A DNA stretch of 53,286 nucleotides, from IMG/VR virus record IMGVR_UViG_3300009159_000088, positions 1 to 53,286 of that record; one strand, 5' to 3'. Below the pieces are notes generated by a model that saw only the letters and a program-made list of their open reading frames with translations, did no database searches and was not told the DNA's origin. The DNA is from a virus. Its lineage: Duplodnaviria > Caudoviricetes. Numbering within the stretch: the first letter of the stretch is position 1; each line of letters begins with the position of its first letter. A program made the translations under genes and the position numbers. This document shows, in pieces, positions 33,503 through 45,000 of this stretch.

Positions 33503-36500
33503 TACCAGTATCGTCAGTATTTCCGGATCAAGAAAAAGAACTAAAGAAAACGTTCGAGTCGAGTCCTTAATCCCTAGCCAACTAAGAGAGAGTTCGGCTG
33601 TTCTAATCGAGCTTCTTAGGGATTATTATGATTACATGAACAAGCATGATAATCCGAGTTATGAAATAGATTCGATTAATAATGTCCGCGATATTGATAC
33701 ACCCTATCACGATTATCTGGATGAAATTCAAAAAGAAATTGCAGCCGCATTGCCTGGTATAATTGTTGCAGATAAGGTTAAATTATACAAAAATTTAGTT
33801 CAATATTATAGACTTCGAGGGTCCTCGGACTCGATTGAGTTATTCTTTAAAATCATTTTTCAGGATAATGTCGAGGTCTATTATCCCAGAGAAGACATAT
33901 TGATCCCTTCATCGGGAAGATGGGATCTTCAATCAAGAAAACCAGCACGCGTTCCTTTATTTGATCAAAGACAACCAATTAGTTTTAAAATGGTTGTTGA
34001 ACCTGACGTTATCTTTAAACCTGGTGAGAGTATTTCAAATACGCTCGGTACAACTGCAACTGTTAGTTCTCAAGTCGAAGATGTTCTAACATTGACAGGC
34101 ATTAAAATCCCATCAAAAACTAATTTTGTTGATATTGAATTGTTAGGTTATCAGACTTGTAGTTTCGATACAAGTAACAATAGGGTTACCTTATCCGCTC
34201 ATGGTTTTTCAGTTGGTGATCGTGTAAGTTTTTCATCAGTTGATTCGGGCGTAATCTCGGGCACAACCGGTATTATCTTAAATAGTGTGTATTTCGTAAT
34301 TAACGTAAGCACAAATTATTTTTCTCTGTCTTTAACTCTTTCGGGTTCGCCCGTCGATATTATAGCTTCTTCCGTTGGAGGAAATATAAGCGGTAGTGTG
34401 GTTAAACTGCCGGAATATGATACCTTTTCAAAATTTAATCTAAAAAATGCTAGCGACGTTGTAATTGGTACCGCTCAAGCAAGAGCACTTGAACCGACAA
34501 AATTGTATCTTTTTGATATTAATATAGAAGATTCTTATGTTTTTTCAAATGTTAGAAAATACGGTAATTTTGCAGAAACACCGAATGCAACTGCTGCAAT
34601 CATAAAACAGGAAAACGTTCCAGCCACATATAATGGTTTCGTCTTGGGCGAAAAAGTAACAAGCAGTTTTATTGAAATTAATCTAGTTCCAGATTTAAAT
34701 AATACTAAAATCTATCGTACGAATGAAATAGTTTCAATTGAGAATGAAAGTAATGCAGAAATAGCAGCATGCGAGGTTTTAAATTTTTCGAATGCCGACA
34801 GTAAACTTGTATGTAAAATAGTAAGAGGTTCTCTTTCCGACGCATCTCTTGCAAAACGAGTTGTTTCGAATGAAGATAAATCTTTTGCTTTCACGTGCAC
34901 TTTTAAAGAAGACACAAATACCGTTACATTTGCAAACCACGGTTTTGTGAATGGAGACCAAATTAGTTTTTCATTAATTACGAACACTACTGGTATTCAA
35001 ATTAATACGCTGTATTACATCATTAACAAAACAGACAATACTTTTAAGTTATCTCTTACATCGGGAGGAAGCGCGATTGCTTTATTAAAAAACGGTATTG
35101 GATCCGCCTTTAAAAAGTGCAGCTTTACTGCATCGAGCGATTTAGTAACCATGACTTCTCATGGATTTTTAAATGGAGACCAAGTAAGGTTTAAAACAAT
35201 TAACAGTACAACGGCAATTGTTGCGAATACATTTTACTATGTAATTAATTCTGGAACGAATACATTTAGTCTGTCGCTTGTTTCAGGCGGTCCTGCAATA
35301 AATTTAACAATAGACGGAACCGGAACAATTGATCGAACCATATCACCGGGAGCGATTCGCTCTATTAATTCAAATGCTGTTAATTCAAATTATGGCATTC
35401 GAACAAATGAAAGTTTGGTTCGTTCGATTTATCTGGATAATGTAACGAGTTTCGTTTTCGAGTTAGGGAGAACAAGCGCCGTTTACAGTCCTGGTGAAAG
35501 AGTGACTGGATCAGTATCGGGCGCATTTGCTACGGTTCTTTCATATGACGTTAGTAATCTACAAAATAAAATTTTAAAAGTTGTAAATCCATCCAAGAAA
35601 TTTAAAATAAACGAACAAATAACGGGCGAACAGATCAGCGACATATCAACAATCATTGCAATGTATGTTCCAGGAAATTACATTGACAACAACGGTTTTC
35701 TTTCGGATGATAAAAAAATTCAGGATTCTTATTATTATCAGCAATTCTCTTATGTTGTTAAAACTGGTTTGGAATTAAAATCATGGAAAAACGAGTTTAA
35801 CCGCCTTGTTCACCCTGCTGGTTTTATTTTCTTTTCCGATATGCTTATTTTGTTAAAACTTTTGGACGATGGTTTAACAGGTCAGGTTACAAAACAGAAT
35901 CGCATCTCTAATAGATTTCCAGAGGATACCGAATTGCTAACAAGAAGCGAATACGATCCTTTAAAGGCGGGTTTAACAAAGTGGCTTGCCTCGAAAATGA
36001 CTGGGTACCAACCGGGTATGATCCGGCTTGAGGATATTCATCTATTAGTTTTAAGTCAGGCTGTTATTGATACGCACTACATTATTACAGATGAAACACT
36101 TACCGATAATTTTGCGGATAATTCTTATTTTATTCCTGGTGAAATTGTAGAAGGCAGTGTATCTGGAATACAAGCAGAAGTCCAGACATATGATAGTATT
36201 AAGTACTATACGAGTGCTCAGGATACACAAAGACTCGGAACAGAAGGAATCGGTACGAACCCCGGAAATAACGGAGGTGAACAATCCGACCAATCCTGCA
36301 ATTTTGAATTTGTACAAGGCGGAGCGAACAACTTAGTTAGATTCACTTCTTTGCAACCACACCGTCTTTGGCTTGAAGACACCGTTGTCTTTTCATCTCT
36401 CTCATCGAGTACTATTAGCGTTCGAGAAAACATTAGCGGTACTGATAGCTTTGTTACAACTACTCTTCTTGAAAAAATACCTTATTATGTAGTCGGAGTG

Positions 36501-37244
36501 ACGGATTATACCATAAAAATATCGAAGACTCTAAGAGGATTTCCAATTGAATTCCTTTCGTCCGGTACAGGATTAGCGAATATTGAATATGTTCAAAAGA
36601 AATACGGTCATACAGTTCTACACAAACTAAAATTACCTACAATTGGATCTTCATCGCTTGGCGTTAAGAATTTCTTCGAAGGAGAAACACTTACAGGTCT
36701 AAGTTCTGGAACTCAAAAGGTGATTACTTCCGATATTCAATACGAGGATAATTCTGGACAAATTCGGTTCCTTGATCTAGGCAATCTTTCTAGTGGAAAT
36801 AACCCGGTACCTTATAAACTAGGTGAAACCGTAACAATCAGAGATTCTGGAGGTTTAGCGGTTGGAACAGCCGAAGTGCTGGCGTACAATCACTCAACTG
36901 CGAGAATTGCACTTCATAAATTACAAGGCATTGTTCAAACGGCAACAACCATTACCGGCGAATTTACAAGAGCAGCACGCTCGATTACGTCAGTTACTAA
37001 GGGAGCATATCGTATCCCACGAAGCGGTAAGGCAGCATGGGACCGAAAACTCATTAGTACCATTCTTTTAGGTCTTGTAGCCGAAAACTCAAACCATCTG
37101 AATCGTTTAAAATCACAATACTCGAAACAACTTAAATTTTTTGACAATACCCCAATATCCGATTATTCCCATTATGTCATTGAAAATGATATAAATAATG
37201 ACATACCATGGAATAACGTCGGAACCTTTATAACTACCTATTAA
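33489..37244 (+). CDS. gp7: baseplate wedge initiator (gp7-like) with multiple inserted repeat domains
   Basis: YRLRGSSDSIELFFKIIF, KIQDSYYYQQFSYVVK, LVHPAGF; between gp6 and gp8. Confidence 0.75.
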   Translation: MSVINTSIVSISGSRKRTKENVRVESLIPSQLRESSAVLIELLRDYYDYMNKHDNPSYEIDSINNVRDIDTPYHDYLDEIQKEIAAALPGIIVADKVKLYKNLVQYYRLRGSSDSIELFFKIIFQDNVEVYYPREDILIPSSGRWDLQSRKPARVPLFDQRQPISFKMVVEPDVIFKPGESISNTLGTTATVSSQVEDVLTLTGIKIPSKTNFVDIELLGYQTCSFDTSNNRVTLSAHGFSVGDRVSFSSVDSGVISGTTGIILNSVYFVINVSTNYFSLSLTLSGSPVDIIASSVGGNISGSVVKLPEYDTFSKFNLKNASDVVIGTAQARALEPTKLYLFDINIEDSYVFSNVRKYGNFAETPNATAAIIKQENVPATYNGFVLGEKVTSSFIEINLVPDLNNTKIYRTNEIVSIENESNAEIAACEVLNFSNADSKLVCKIVRGSLSDASLAKRVVSNEDKSFAFTCTFKEDTNTVTFANHGFVNGDQISFSLITNTTGIQINTLYYIINKTDNTFKLSLTSGGSAIALLKNGIGSAFKKCSFTASSDLVTMTSHGFLNGDQVRFKTINSTTAIVANTFYYVINSGTNTFSLSLVSGGPAINLTIDGTGTIDRTISPGAIRSINSNAVNSNYGIRTNESLVRSIYLDNVTSFVFELGRTSAVYSPGERVTGSVSGAFATVLSYDVSNLQNKILKVVNPSKKFKINEQITGEQISDISTIIAMYVPGNYIDNNGFLSDDKKIQDSYYYQQFSYVVKTGLELKSWKNEFNRLVHPAGFIFFSDMLILLKLLDDGLTGQVTKQNRISNRFPEDTELLTRSEYDPLKAGLTKWLASKMTGYQPGMIRLEDIHLLVLSQAVIDTHYIITDETLTDNFADNSYFIPGEIVEGSVSGIQAEVQTYDSIKYYTSAQDTQRLGTEGIGTNPGNNGGEQSDQSCNFEFVQGGANNLVRFTSLQPHRLWLEDTVVFSSLSSSTISVRENISGTDSFVTTTLLEKIPYYVVGVTDYTIKISKTLRGFPIEFLSSGTGLANIEYVQKKYGHTVLHKLKLPTIGSSSLGVKNFFEGETLTGLSSGTQKVITSDIQYEDNSGQIRFLDLGNLSSGNNPVPYKLGETVTIRDSGGLAVGTAEVLAYNHSTARIALHKLQGIVQTATTITGEFTRAARSITSVTKGAYRIPRSGKAAWDRKLISTILLGLVAENSNHLNRLKSQYSKQLKFFDNTPISDYSHYVIENDINNDIPWNNVGTFITTY
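37190..37197 (+). promoter_or_regulatory. T4-type late promoter
   Basis: TATAAATA in the end of gp7, upstream of gp8. Confidence 0.75.
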
Positions 37245-37250
37245 TTTCAT

Positions 37251-39014
37251 ATGTCCGCAATCATCACTTCACAATTTCGTTTAAGAAACGCAAATAATTT
37301 TATCTCTTTGGTTAAAGAATCCGCTTCATCAACGGCGGCCGAAAAGTTTTTTGTTTTTATCGGTAAGTCAGACGCATGGTCGTTGAATAAGGATGATAAC
37401 AGTGATACGGTACCCGATCAGCCTAAGGATACACTTGTAAGTGCTCGTGATGCTTGGCAAAATATGATCGCGCTCAAGAAAGTAACAGAATGCATAAACC
37501 TTGCACCAAGACATAATTGGATTGCAGGCGATACATCGGTTGTTGCTTGGGACGATAATATGATCGACCAAGAAGGGGAAATTTACCAAAAGAAATACTA
37601 TGTAATGACCGATGAATTCAAGGTCTACAAATGTATTGTAGCCGGATCTAGTTCCTTAGGAACAACCAGTAAACCAACTCATACGTCGACCGAGCCATTC
37701 GCCGGAGCCGACGGTTATTTGTGGAAATATATGTTTACAGTTTCCCTTTCGGATGGTTCTAAATTCCTTACTAATTACTACATTCCAGTAAAGACAGTCG
37801 TGGAACCTGTTGAAAATAGTAACGATGGTCTACTAAATGATGATGATGAAATTAAACTGGACAATCAGGAAGCAAACAAAACTCTCGCTGGTAAGATTTA
37901 CAGATATAAAGTTACAAATGGTGGAACTGGCTATGGTAATAAAGTAGGTAGTGCTTATACTACAACTCCAGTTGTAACTGTATACGGAAATGGAACAAGT
38001 GCCGAAGCCGTTGCGACTTTGGGTGCTATTGGATCATTAAACGAAGGAAAAATCGTAAGTGTAGTACCAAAACAAACTACAAAAACTGTTACATTTACTG
38101 CTTCATCTGAGTTAGTAACCTTAACAGATCACGGATTTTCAAATGGTAATGAAATTGTTTTTACTTCTGTACCTTCCGCCAGCGGTCTTTCTCTATCGAG
38201 AACATATTATGTTATTGAGAAAACATCTAGTACATTTAAATTATCGGAAACATACAATAGAGAAACAGGAGCATCTGCCGTCATTAATATAACGGCTGAC
38301 GGAAGTGGAACATTTATTACGGTAGGATCCGGTTCAGGCTACTCCGTTGCATTTACCGAAATCACGGGTGGCGGAGGTTCTGGAGCTGTTGTCGAGCCTA
38401 TACTTTCTCCTGATAACGGACACGGTACCGATCCAGTAAGCGAACTCGGTGCATTTTTTGCTGGAATATACACTACTCTTGAAAATACTGAAGCCGATGC
38501 AGTAAAAGATTTTATTGTCGAAGGCAGCTTTAGACAAATCGGTCTTATTCAAAACCCGACTCTTGCAAGCAATGCAACAGCCGATCAAAGAACCTACTCG
38601 GCATTACAACAGTTACAAATAGATACGGTAACTGCTGGTGCTACAACCGGCGTGATTCAAATCGGCGATTACATTACACAAACCACGAATCTAGTAAACG
38701 ATTTTCCAGTTCCATTACCAGGCGATGCTGTTGCTTTTGTTGATGATATAGATCTTGATGCAAGTCCTCCATACATTAAATACCATCAAAATGATAAAAC
38801 GGGATATGCTCCATTCCTTGCTAATGGTGTATCTGTTAGAGGAAAAACAGGCGGAGTCACTAAAATTTTAACAACGGGTGTTCCTTCAGGTACTGGATTA
38901 AGACCTGCCGAAGTAGTTAAATTTACTGGAGAAATCCTCTTTATTGAAAACCGAAGAGTAATTAACCGAACATTGTCTCAAGTTGAAGATATTAAGATCG
39001 TTATTGAATTTTAA
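37251..39014 (+). CDS. gp8: baseplate wedge subunit
   Basis: MSAIITSQFRL.NA, YYVMTDEFKVYKC, DGYLWKYMFT, GHG.DPVSELGA, FRQIGL, EDIKIVIEF end. Confidence 0.92.
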   Translation: MSAIITSQFRLRNANNFISLVKESASSTAAEKFFVFIGKSDAWSLNKDDNSDTVPDQPKDTLVSARDAWQNMIALKKVTECINLAPRHNWIAGDTSVVAWDDNMIDQEGEIYQKKYYVMTDEFKVYKCIVAGSSSLGTTSKPTHTSTEPFAGADGYLWKYMFTVSLSDGSKFLTNYYIPVKTVVEPVENSNDGLLNDDDEIKLDNQEANKTLAGKIYRYKVTNGGTGYGNKVGSAYTTTPVVTVYGNGTSAEAVATLGAIGSLNEGKIVSVVPKQTTKTVTFTASSELVTLTDHGFSNGNEIVFTSVPSASGLSLSRTYYVIEKTSSTFKLSETYNRETGASAVINITADGSGTFITVGSGSGYSVAFTEITGGGGSGAVVEPILSPDNGHGTDPVSELGAFFAGIYTTLENTEADAVKDFIVEGSFRQIGLIQNPTLASNATADQRTYSALQQLQIDTVTAGATTGVIQIGDYITQTTNLVNDFPVPLPGDAVAFVDDIDLDASPPYIKYHQNDKTGYAPFLANGVSVRGKTGGVTKILTTGVPSGTGLRPAEVVKFTGEILFIENRRVINRTLSQVEDIKIVIEF

Positions 39015-39039
39015 TTGATTAATAAATTTACCTAATTAT

Positions 39040-42000
39040 ATGCCTCTTAAAGTATTTCCTCTTGCTCCGTATTATGATGATTTTAATCAAGAAAAGAATT
39101 ATCAAAGAATTCTTTTTAAACCAGGATATTCTGTACAGGCACGCGAACTAACGCAATTACAAACTTCGATTCAAGCACAGATCGACCGTTTCGGCCGCCA
39201 TGTGTTTAAGGAAGGGTCTTCGGTTATTGGAGGCGAAGCGTCTTTAGATAGTTCTTTTGCCTTTATTAAGATTGAATCCGATTTTCAACTCGGTTCTGAT
39301 ACCTATAATTCAGAGGAGAGATCGGCAAACAAAAACTTTGTTGGTCGTACACTAACGGGAAAATATACTGGCATTACGGCGGTTGTTATTGATTCTGCAC
39401 CTTATGTCGACGATAGCAATCCACTCACACTTTACGTTCATTACAAGACGTCGAATACTAATGCTACCGGTAATGCTGTTGGCGTTGATAAAACGTTTTA
39501 CGCCGGAGAAATAATCGAAGTAGGACAAACACCGTCCGAAGTAGGTGAAGTTCAAGATTTAATTAAGGTTAAACCCGCAAATACGAATCCAATCGGAAAA
39601 GGAACTCGTGTTACTGTTACAGAAGGCGTATTTTTTGTTTCTGGTAATTTTGTTCATACTCCACAAAATTCTGTTATTCTTTCTCGATACAATTCGTTTG
39701 GATCTGGACGTATTGTATATTCTGTCACCGAAGGTATTGTAACAGCAGGATCCGGAGCAAATAACTCGTTATTCGATAATTCTCAGGGTACACCGAATGA
39801 AGCTGCTCCCGGAGCAGATCGTTATCAAATTTCTCTTGACCTTCAGGTACAGGACTACCAATTCAAGGATCGTACCGAAAACAACATTATTCAGTTAATG
39901 GTAGTAAAGGACGGCAGAGTTATTTCAAAGGCGCGCACGGAATATTCCGTCCTTGCAGACGTTCTGGCACAAAGAACATTTGAAGAGTCTGGTAACTATA
40001 CCGTTCGTCCGTTTCAAGCCGCTATTCGGCAATACTTAAATGCCAATAATAATGGCGGTCTTTACACCGCAGAACAAATTCAATCTCTTGTTCCTGCGTT
40101 TAATCGTGGATCATTGTCGGCGGCCGCTTACGGAGAAAAGAGATTGGCATTTGGTCTTGAGCCATCAACCGCATATGTAAACGGTTATCGTGTTGAGCTA
40201 TTAGATACAAAATATGTTGAAATTCCGAAGGCGCGTGAGACAGCTACCTTTCAAGATGCCGGATTCAACGCCGTCGTTGGAAATTATGTAACTGTTCAGC
40301 TTACTGGTACTGGATATCCTGACATCAAGACGTTTACTGAATTTAATCTTAAAAACTCTTCATCGGTTACAATTGGTACTGCTAGTGCACGTGCTATTGA
40401 AAGAGACGGTAGCAATTATCGTTTGTACCTTTTTAATGTTAAAATGGTAGCAGGTTCTTTCTTTGAAAATGTAAGAAAGTTTGGAGACTTTGCAACAACC
40501 AGCACTGCCTTAACTTTTAACGATGTAACAAATAATTCGCTGGTATTTAAATTACCATTTGATGTTGTTGATCATGTTGAAGATGTTTCTCACAGTATTT
40601 TAAAACAGTATTCTCCGGTTCGTTCTGTCAATGTCCTAACTCTTACTACGGATGTCGGTGAGACTTTGGATTTTGAAGATGATCCGATTGTTATTGATGG
40701 AAGTGGAGCCGCAGTAAGTGTTGATGATTTTACTACTAATGCATCGTCGAAAACAATTACTCTTACTACTACACCTGATAGCAATACTTACCAGGTCTAC
40801 GCAAAAACCCGAGTAACAAACAGTTCGGCAAATGCCACTGCCAAAACAAAAACTCTTACTGAGGTAACTAAATCATTATCTTTAGCGACATTTACATTTA
40901 ATTCTGGTAATAGGGATCAAAATATCCCACTGGGACAAACTGATTTATTTAAAATTATTAGTATTGAGGAAACAATATCGCTTACATCGACTAAAGACAT
41001 AACGAACGATTTTATTGTTGATAATGGTCAGAGAGATAATTTTTATGATGAGGCAAAAATTCGCCTTAAACGTACAGCAAATCTACCGGTTGGACCTTTG
41101 GCTATTAAATTCCAATACTTTGCTCACGGGTCGGGATCGTTCTTTACTCGTAATTCATATTCAGCAAATGTTGGTTTAGGTTTTGACGGATATTCACAAA
41201 TTCCAGTCTTTCAATCGACAAAGGGATTAATTCAGCTTCGCGATGCAATTGATTTCCGTCCATCTTTAAATGTATTAACTCCGACCACTTTTACCGGAAA
41301 GATGATCGATCCGAATAGCTTAATTACTGCCGACATTAGATACTATCTTTCGCGCGCAGATAAAATCTATGTCGATAAGAATGGAAATTTTGGTTACGTC
41401 GAAGGCATTTCATCAATTTCTCCGGTTCTTCCTGAAGATCCAAAGGACGCTATGGTCCTTTACACGGTTCGTTTAAATGCATTTACATTTAATAGCGACG
41501 ATATTATTCCGACGATGATCGACAATAAACGCTACACAATGCGTGATATTGGTAAGATCGAAAAGCGTGTTGCCAAGCTTGAGTATTACACAGCACTTTC
41601 TCTTCTTGAAAAAGATACTAATGACCGTGATATTCGAGACGACAATGGCGTCTCAAGATTTAAGAACGGTTTTATTGTTGATGCTTTCCATGGTCATAGT
41701 ATTGGTGCAGTAACGCATCCCGATTACCGTTGCTCAATTGATAAGGCCAATGGTCGTCTGCGCCCTTCATTTAAACAAGATAATGTTCGTCTTAAATGGA
41801 ATAAAACTAGCCAATCAACATATCACGTCAGACAGTCAAGTTCGCTAATTACTCTTGATTACACTCAACAGGCAATTATTCAACAGCCGTATGCATCCAT
41901 TGCGGAAAACGTAAATCCATATAATGTTTTCACGTGGATCGGCGATATGACTCTTTCACCGGAATCGGACGAATGGAAAGAGACGAAACGTCGCCCCGAG

Positions 42001-45000
42001 GTTGTTATTGATCAATCGGGAACATACGACTCGCTTAAATTTGGTTTGGACGAAAGTTCCGTCATTGGAACCGTATGGAATGATTGGCAAACAAATTGGA
42101 CCGGCGTAGTGGATCAATCGGCTGTAACCAATGTTGATAATGATTATAATTCGTACAAGCAAACTTCAACGACGACCCTTACTACGACAACCAGAAAAGA
42201 ACAAGCTCGCACTGGTATTCGTACATCGGTGGTTCCAGATACGGTAACCACTCAGTTAGGAGACCGTACGGTAGAAATTAATTTTGTACCCTTTATTCGT
42301 TCTCGTAAAATTTTCTTTAAGGCCGAAGGACTAAAACCTCTTACACGCTTACACGCATTTTTCGATAACACTCCGGTCAACCAGTTCGTTAAATCCGAGG
42401 CATTTCAATTTTATTCTGAACGTACGGATTCAACGGATTATTCAAATAAAACTAATCATCCAGATTATGTAACGACTGATGTTTTAATGACCGATGCATC
42501 TGGAAGAGTATCGGGTTCCTTTGTTATTCCGGTTAATAATTCCATTAAATTTAAAACTGGTGTCCGTATGTTTTCGTTGAGCGATGATTCAACGAACAAT
42601 AAATTAAAACAGTCAACCGGCGCACAGGCTGCCTATGATGCCCGCGGTGTAATTGAAACAAAGGAAAATTTAGTTGTTTCAACTCGCGTTCCACGCATTC
42701 GCCGCGAAGAAACTGGTGAGAACCGTACAATTGTGGACTCTTCAAAGGAAACTTCAGCAGCTGAAGCAAACCTTCCAAGACCGCCATTACCGCCAACTAC
42801 AATTGTAAAGCCGACCTTACCTCCATTAATTATACCTTCGATACCACCGACTGGTGTTTTTAAAGCTGATTTTCAAGCACATAACAGCACTGGAGGTTTA
42901 AGTGTAAGTTTTAATGGTGATTCAAGCGGCAACATTATTAGAGATATATCTTTTAATGGTGGAATATCATTTCCAATTGTTGCGGTACCGATGGACGCAA
43001 GTTCACCGATCCAACATCCAAATGGTCCCTATGAATTTTGGTATTGGCAAGTTAATTCTGGAAACATACAGATTGGTAGTGGTCTAGAATCCGACAAATA
43101 TGTCGCGAATACAGTAGTAAGAATTCAAAGTGCTGGTTTAAATGTAATTACCGCTATTTTTAGATTAACTGGTGTTCCGTATGTTGAACCTACCATAATC
43201 GATCCGGAAATTGTTTCATGCGGACCCGATCCTGTTGTACAGCCGCCCGGTGGCTGGTATCCAATTAACCAATGGCCATGGATAAAATATGGAGTTGGTG
43301 CTCCGGATCAAGTCGTCGATCCAGTTGTTGATATCGGTCCAATTCCTGCTTCAGTACAAGAAGAATGGGTAGAATTGCCAGAGGAATACATAAGTGAAAT
43401 TACACCTCCGGATCCAATTATTGTTGAAACTGCACCAGAAGAAAGTCTTGTCGACGATGAATATGTTCAAACAGGAGAACCTGATGCGCCAATCACGATT
43501 GAAGCAGCAGAAGATCCGTGGCAGTGGAGCGTTGAACAAGGATTTAGACCTGAGGTTTGTTGGAAAGATCCTCTGGCACAGAGCTTCATTATTGATATGC
43601 CGGGCGGAGCCTTTATCACATCTCTGGATCTATACTTTAAATCCAAGGATGGAAATGTTCCTATTACGCTTGAAATGCGCGTAATGGAAAATGGTATTCC
43701 TACACCTCGTGTTGTACCATTTTCAACAGTAAAAGCGTATCCAGCAGATATTTCAATCTCTGGAAATGCAACTGCTGCTACTCGATTTAACTTTGAGGCT
43801 CCAGTCTATCTTCTTCAGAATGTTGAATACTGCTTCGTCCTTATTTCAAATTCGGACCAATACGAAGTTTGGGTATCAGAAATCGGAGGTTTCGATGTTA
43901 CAAATCCAGCGTTCCGTATTACAAGCCAACCTTACATCGGTGTCTTGTTTAAATCACAGAATGCTTCTACCTGGACTCCGGATCAGACAAAGGACATTAA
44001 ATTTAATCTAAATCGTGCAGTATTTTATTCTTCCGGTAAGGTTGAATTAAATGAGGTACCACTTCCTTCAGAAGAATTAAATGAAAATCCATTGTTCACA
44101 ACATCGGGTTCTCCAAACGTAATTGTATCTCATAGAAACCACGGCCATGTAAATGGTTCCAATGTTTTAATTTCCGGAGCGACCGCTGTTGGTGGATTTA
44201 CGGCGACGGTGTTAAACGCTACTCATGTCGTTTCCGATGTTGAAGCTGATAGTTACAGAATTACAATGGCAACTAACGCGACCGCAACTCTTATCGGAGG
44301 CGGCGCGGCGGTTACTGCTTCCGGAAATAAGATGTTCGATGTTTTAAATCCAATCATTCAATCTGTTGTTCTTCCGGGCACCGATTTATACTGGAAGGTT
44401 AAAACAACTAGCGGCAAATCACTTGCTGGTTCTGAAACATTTGGTACAATTTCTGGAGAATCATTTATTCAACCAAATGATGCTACATTCTTTAATTCAC
44501 CTCAGGTCATTCTTTCTAACACAGAAAAAACAAGACTTAATTCATCGGCAAACCCAAGTTTTAGTTTAACCGGAGAATTTGTAAGTCTGAGAAACAACCT
44601 TTCGCCAGTCATCGATCTCGACCGTTTGTCGCTTATTACTGTTTCAAACCGAATCGACAATCCAGTTGCTTCAACTGAAACTAATCATAATGTTGTTCGC
44701 AATTATGTAGCAGAAACATCGGCAACAGGAGGTTCGGCACTTGCAAAATACATTACTCGCAAAGTGGAATTAAACAATGATGCAAATTCACTCAGAGTTT
44801 TCTTCCTGGCAAATCGTCCTTCCGGTACGGATATTGAACTATATTATAAGGTTCAGGATCAAGGAACCGACGTTGATTTCGAGGCACTTGGTTGGGTAAA
44901 AGCCGAACCTATAAGCCCTATTCCAATCAACGACAATGTAAACGATTACAGTGAAATCGAATATGATGTCACCGAGACCGATATAACAACTGATAATTTC

